A DNA stretch of 63,984 nucleotides, filler included, from a bacterium (GTDB lineage Bacteria > UBA9089 > CG2-30-40-21 > SBAY01), in assembly GCA_040757115.1 (NCBI GenBank). It is 8 parts of 8 records of this genome, joined end to end, with 100 filler letters (N's around TTAATTAATTAA, not from the genome) between each part and the next. Parts side by side here need not be neighbours in the genome. Positions count along the whole stretch, not along the records: positions 59,152 to 63,984 come from JBFLYA010000276.1; 7 more parts are not named here. One strand, written 5' to 3'. Positions 62,172-63,984 of the stretch are shown piece after piece (the first letter of the stretch is position 1; each line of letters begins with the position of its first letter). A program made the position numbers and the translations under genes. A model generated the notes under the pieces. It saw only the letters and a list, made by a program, of their open reading frames with translations. It was not told the DNA's origin and did no database searches.

Positions 62172-62463
62172 GTAACTATTCACCGCAGAGACGCAGAGGA
62201 ACAGAGAAAAAAGGATTTAAATTAGATTGTGGATACCGGATAGATCTTTTAGTTGAAGAAAAAGTTATCGTAGAATTAAAAGCAGTCGAGCAACTACTTC
62301 CGATTCACGAAGCTCAACTTTTAACCTATCTAAAAATGATGAATAAAAGGATAAGTTTATTGATCAATTTTAATGTTTCTGTTCTAAGAGATGGAATTAA
62401 GCGTATAGCCAATAGATTTTAATTTTTTCTCTGTGTCTCCGCGTCTCTGCGGTGAATAGTTAC
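62172..62463 (+). mobile_element. GTAAC MITE with 8-bp TSD carrying GxxExxY C-terminal half
   Basis: AATTTCGT on both flanks; IR GTAACTATTCACCGCAGAGACGC; cargo GYRIDLLVEEKVIVELKAV...HEAQLLTYLK...LLINFN. Confidence 0.92.
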
Positions 62464-62487
62464 AATTTCGTGAAGTCCTATTCAAAA

Positions 62488-63207
62488 TTAAGTTATTGGT
62501 TTTCTCTCTGGCACACCTACTCTTCGGGGATACTCTACAGGTGTTGGTTTTATCTTTTCTATAATGACTAAATTCCTCTCTTGATGAACAATGGGCAAGG
62601 TTATCCGTTTTTGTTCTTTAATCCTTCCCCCTAAAATATCTATCGCCTTTTGTGCATAGATTAATTCATCTTGTAGAAAACTTCCTTTCTGGGAGATGAA
62701 TAGCCCTCCTATTTTTAAAAAAGGCAATGTATATTCCACTAATGTATTTAATTTAGCAACTGCTCTTGATACTACTAAATCATATCTTTGGCGATATTCT
62801 TCTTTATTCCCAAATTCTTCGGCTCTACCCTGTAAAATCTCGAATTTTATCCCCAGGTGATTTTTAAGTTGATAAAGGAATTCGACATATTTTCCCTTTG
62901 AATCTAATAAAATCAAATTGACTTGCGGGTAACAAATCTTTAAAGGTATCCCTGGAAATCCTGCTCCAGTTCCTACATCGATTATCTTCATCTCATTAAT
63001 CGGACAAAATCCCAGGGCGCAAGTTAATGAATCAAGAAAATGATTCACAATAATACCATCAGAAGTCTTAATTCCTGTAATATTAACCTTCTGATTATAG
63101 TCTTTAATTATCTTTAAATAAATAGAGAACAATTTTAGTTGAGCATCATTTAAAGCAATTCCTAACTCCTTTGTTCCCTGTTTGAATAACTCTTCTAACT
63201 GATACAT
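62488..63207 (-). CDS. rsmG: 16S rRNA m7G527 methyltransferase
   Basis: HFLDSL, DVGTGAGFPGIPL, SRAVA, YPRRVGVP. Confidence 0.96.
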   Translation of the reverse strand: MYQLEELFKQGTKELGIALNDAQLKLFSIYLKIIKDYNQKVNITGIKTSDGIIVNHFLDSLTCALGFCPINEMKIIDVGTGAGFPGIPLKICYPQVNLILLDSKGKYVEFLYQLKNHLGIKFEILQGRAEEFGNKEEYRQRYDLVVSRAVAKLNTLVEYTLPFLKIGGLFISQKGSFLQDELIYAQKAIDILGGRIKEQKRITLPIVHQERNLVIIEKIKPTPVEYPRRVGVPERKPIT

Positions 63208-63292
63208 TAATGCTTCTATTATTCTACTATATTTCAGTTTAGATGTCAAGGATAAATCAAAAGTAGGAGTAATGGGTCAGTGAAATGGGGGA

Positions 63293-63545
63293 TTCTCCTG
63301 AAAATAAGGAAGTAGAAAGTAGAGAGTAGAAAGTAGAAAGTAAGGAAAACATCACTCCTCACGCCTATCTCCTTACCTTCCACCTTCTATCTCCTACCTA
63401 CTATTTTCATCCTCATTTGTGAACCCACGGTTCATGAGCGTTCTCCTGAAAATAGTTAATTAGAGATTAGAGAATTAGAACCTGCACTCTTGCTAATCTC
63501 TAATCTCCAATCTCTAATCTCTATGCCCGATTTTCATCCTCCTCG
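63293..63545 (-). repeat. Two AGGAG cassettes in tandem
   Basis: ATG-AACC-gtg-GGTT-CAC hairpin; cargos match those at 38730 and 38978. Confidence 0.8.
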
Positions 63546-63659
63546 TATAATATATATTGTTGGTCATTTTGAATGCCACAATCTTAATTCCTTATTAAAT
63601 CCCCCACGATTGGGGGTTGGGGGTTGAAAATAAAATTAAAAAATTAATTATTAGTACTG

Positions 63660-63820
63660 GTAGTGATGTGGAGAGTGTGGGTAACTCCAAAGGAGTTATC
63701 CAAGCAATTGTGGATAACTCAAAGACTTATCCAAGCGATTGTGGGTAAGTTGTGGACAACTCTGCTGTCCATCAACTTATCCACATGAGCGTCAATTGCG
63801 TCACTATCCACATCTTTCCA
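63660..63820. other. Cluster of DnaA-box-like 9-mers (IS110 leader or origin-like)
   Basis: Perfect TGTGGATAA at 63709 and TTATCCACA at 63777 plus about six 1-2 mismatch copies. Confidence 0.55.
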
Positions 63821-63833
63821 CTTGACTTTTTAG

Positions 63834-63984
63834 GATGTCCCTGTCATAATATCCAGTAATATTCGCACTATGGAAGCTCAACTTAAAAAAATAGATCAAT
63901 CTATCGCCAAAGAGATTTCTGGAATTGAACACACTCTTTTGTCTATTCAGGGCATCGGACCTGTCTTTGCTGCTGGCATAATCG
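63834..63984 (+). pseudogene. IS110-family recombinase fragment lacking N-terminal DEDD domain
   Basis: EAQLKKIDQSIAKEI...LLSIQGIGPVFAAGII; in-frame TAG directly upstream. Confidence 0.75.

Noticed and set aside
62172-62463. Integron attC cassettes (AAC...GTT-like ends)
   Set aside because: 8-bp target duplications indicate DDE transposition, and no intI is visible.
1-63984. tRNA or rRNA genes, prophage
   Set aside because: No recognisable cloverleaf, rRNA or phage structural genes seen by eye; not excluded without tRNAscan or Rfam.

Overview
Low-GC bacterial DNA, probably a metagenome-assembled genome of a diderm anaerobe (LPS GT9, secretin, MvhD; Firmicutes-like aroQ-pepP-efp order and 6S RNA). 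Seven identical 100-nt N/TTAATTAATTAA spacers join eight contigs, mostly about 5 kb plus one of 28 kb, so neighbourhoods across gaps cannot be trusted. Coding content is mostly housekeeping: rfbA, moaA, moeA remnant, MOSC, two tatA, hisI, trpE, SbcD-like, aroQ, efp, pheST, cstA, polX, rpoZ, trxB, parA, rsmG, two histidine kinases, HD-GYP and a secreted CobN-like chelatase. The unusual part is the intergenic DNA, a dense nested set of small mobile elements. (1) A cassette family with consensus AGGAGAAACGGnCATG-[covarying hairpin]-CACAAAnnnnnATGAAAAT-[variable cargo]-ATTTTCAGGAG forms head-to-tail arrays and repeatedly supplies the Shine-Dalgarno of the next gene. (2) Several MITE families with 8-bp, 6-bp or TA target duplications occur, some carrying decayed GxxExxY nuclease genes. 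(3) IS630-type elements are chained at CTAG sites. (4) Heptamer/octamer repeat arms have entered trpE and cobN in frame. All calls come from reading the sequence; no database searches were run.
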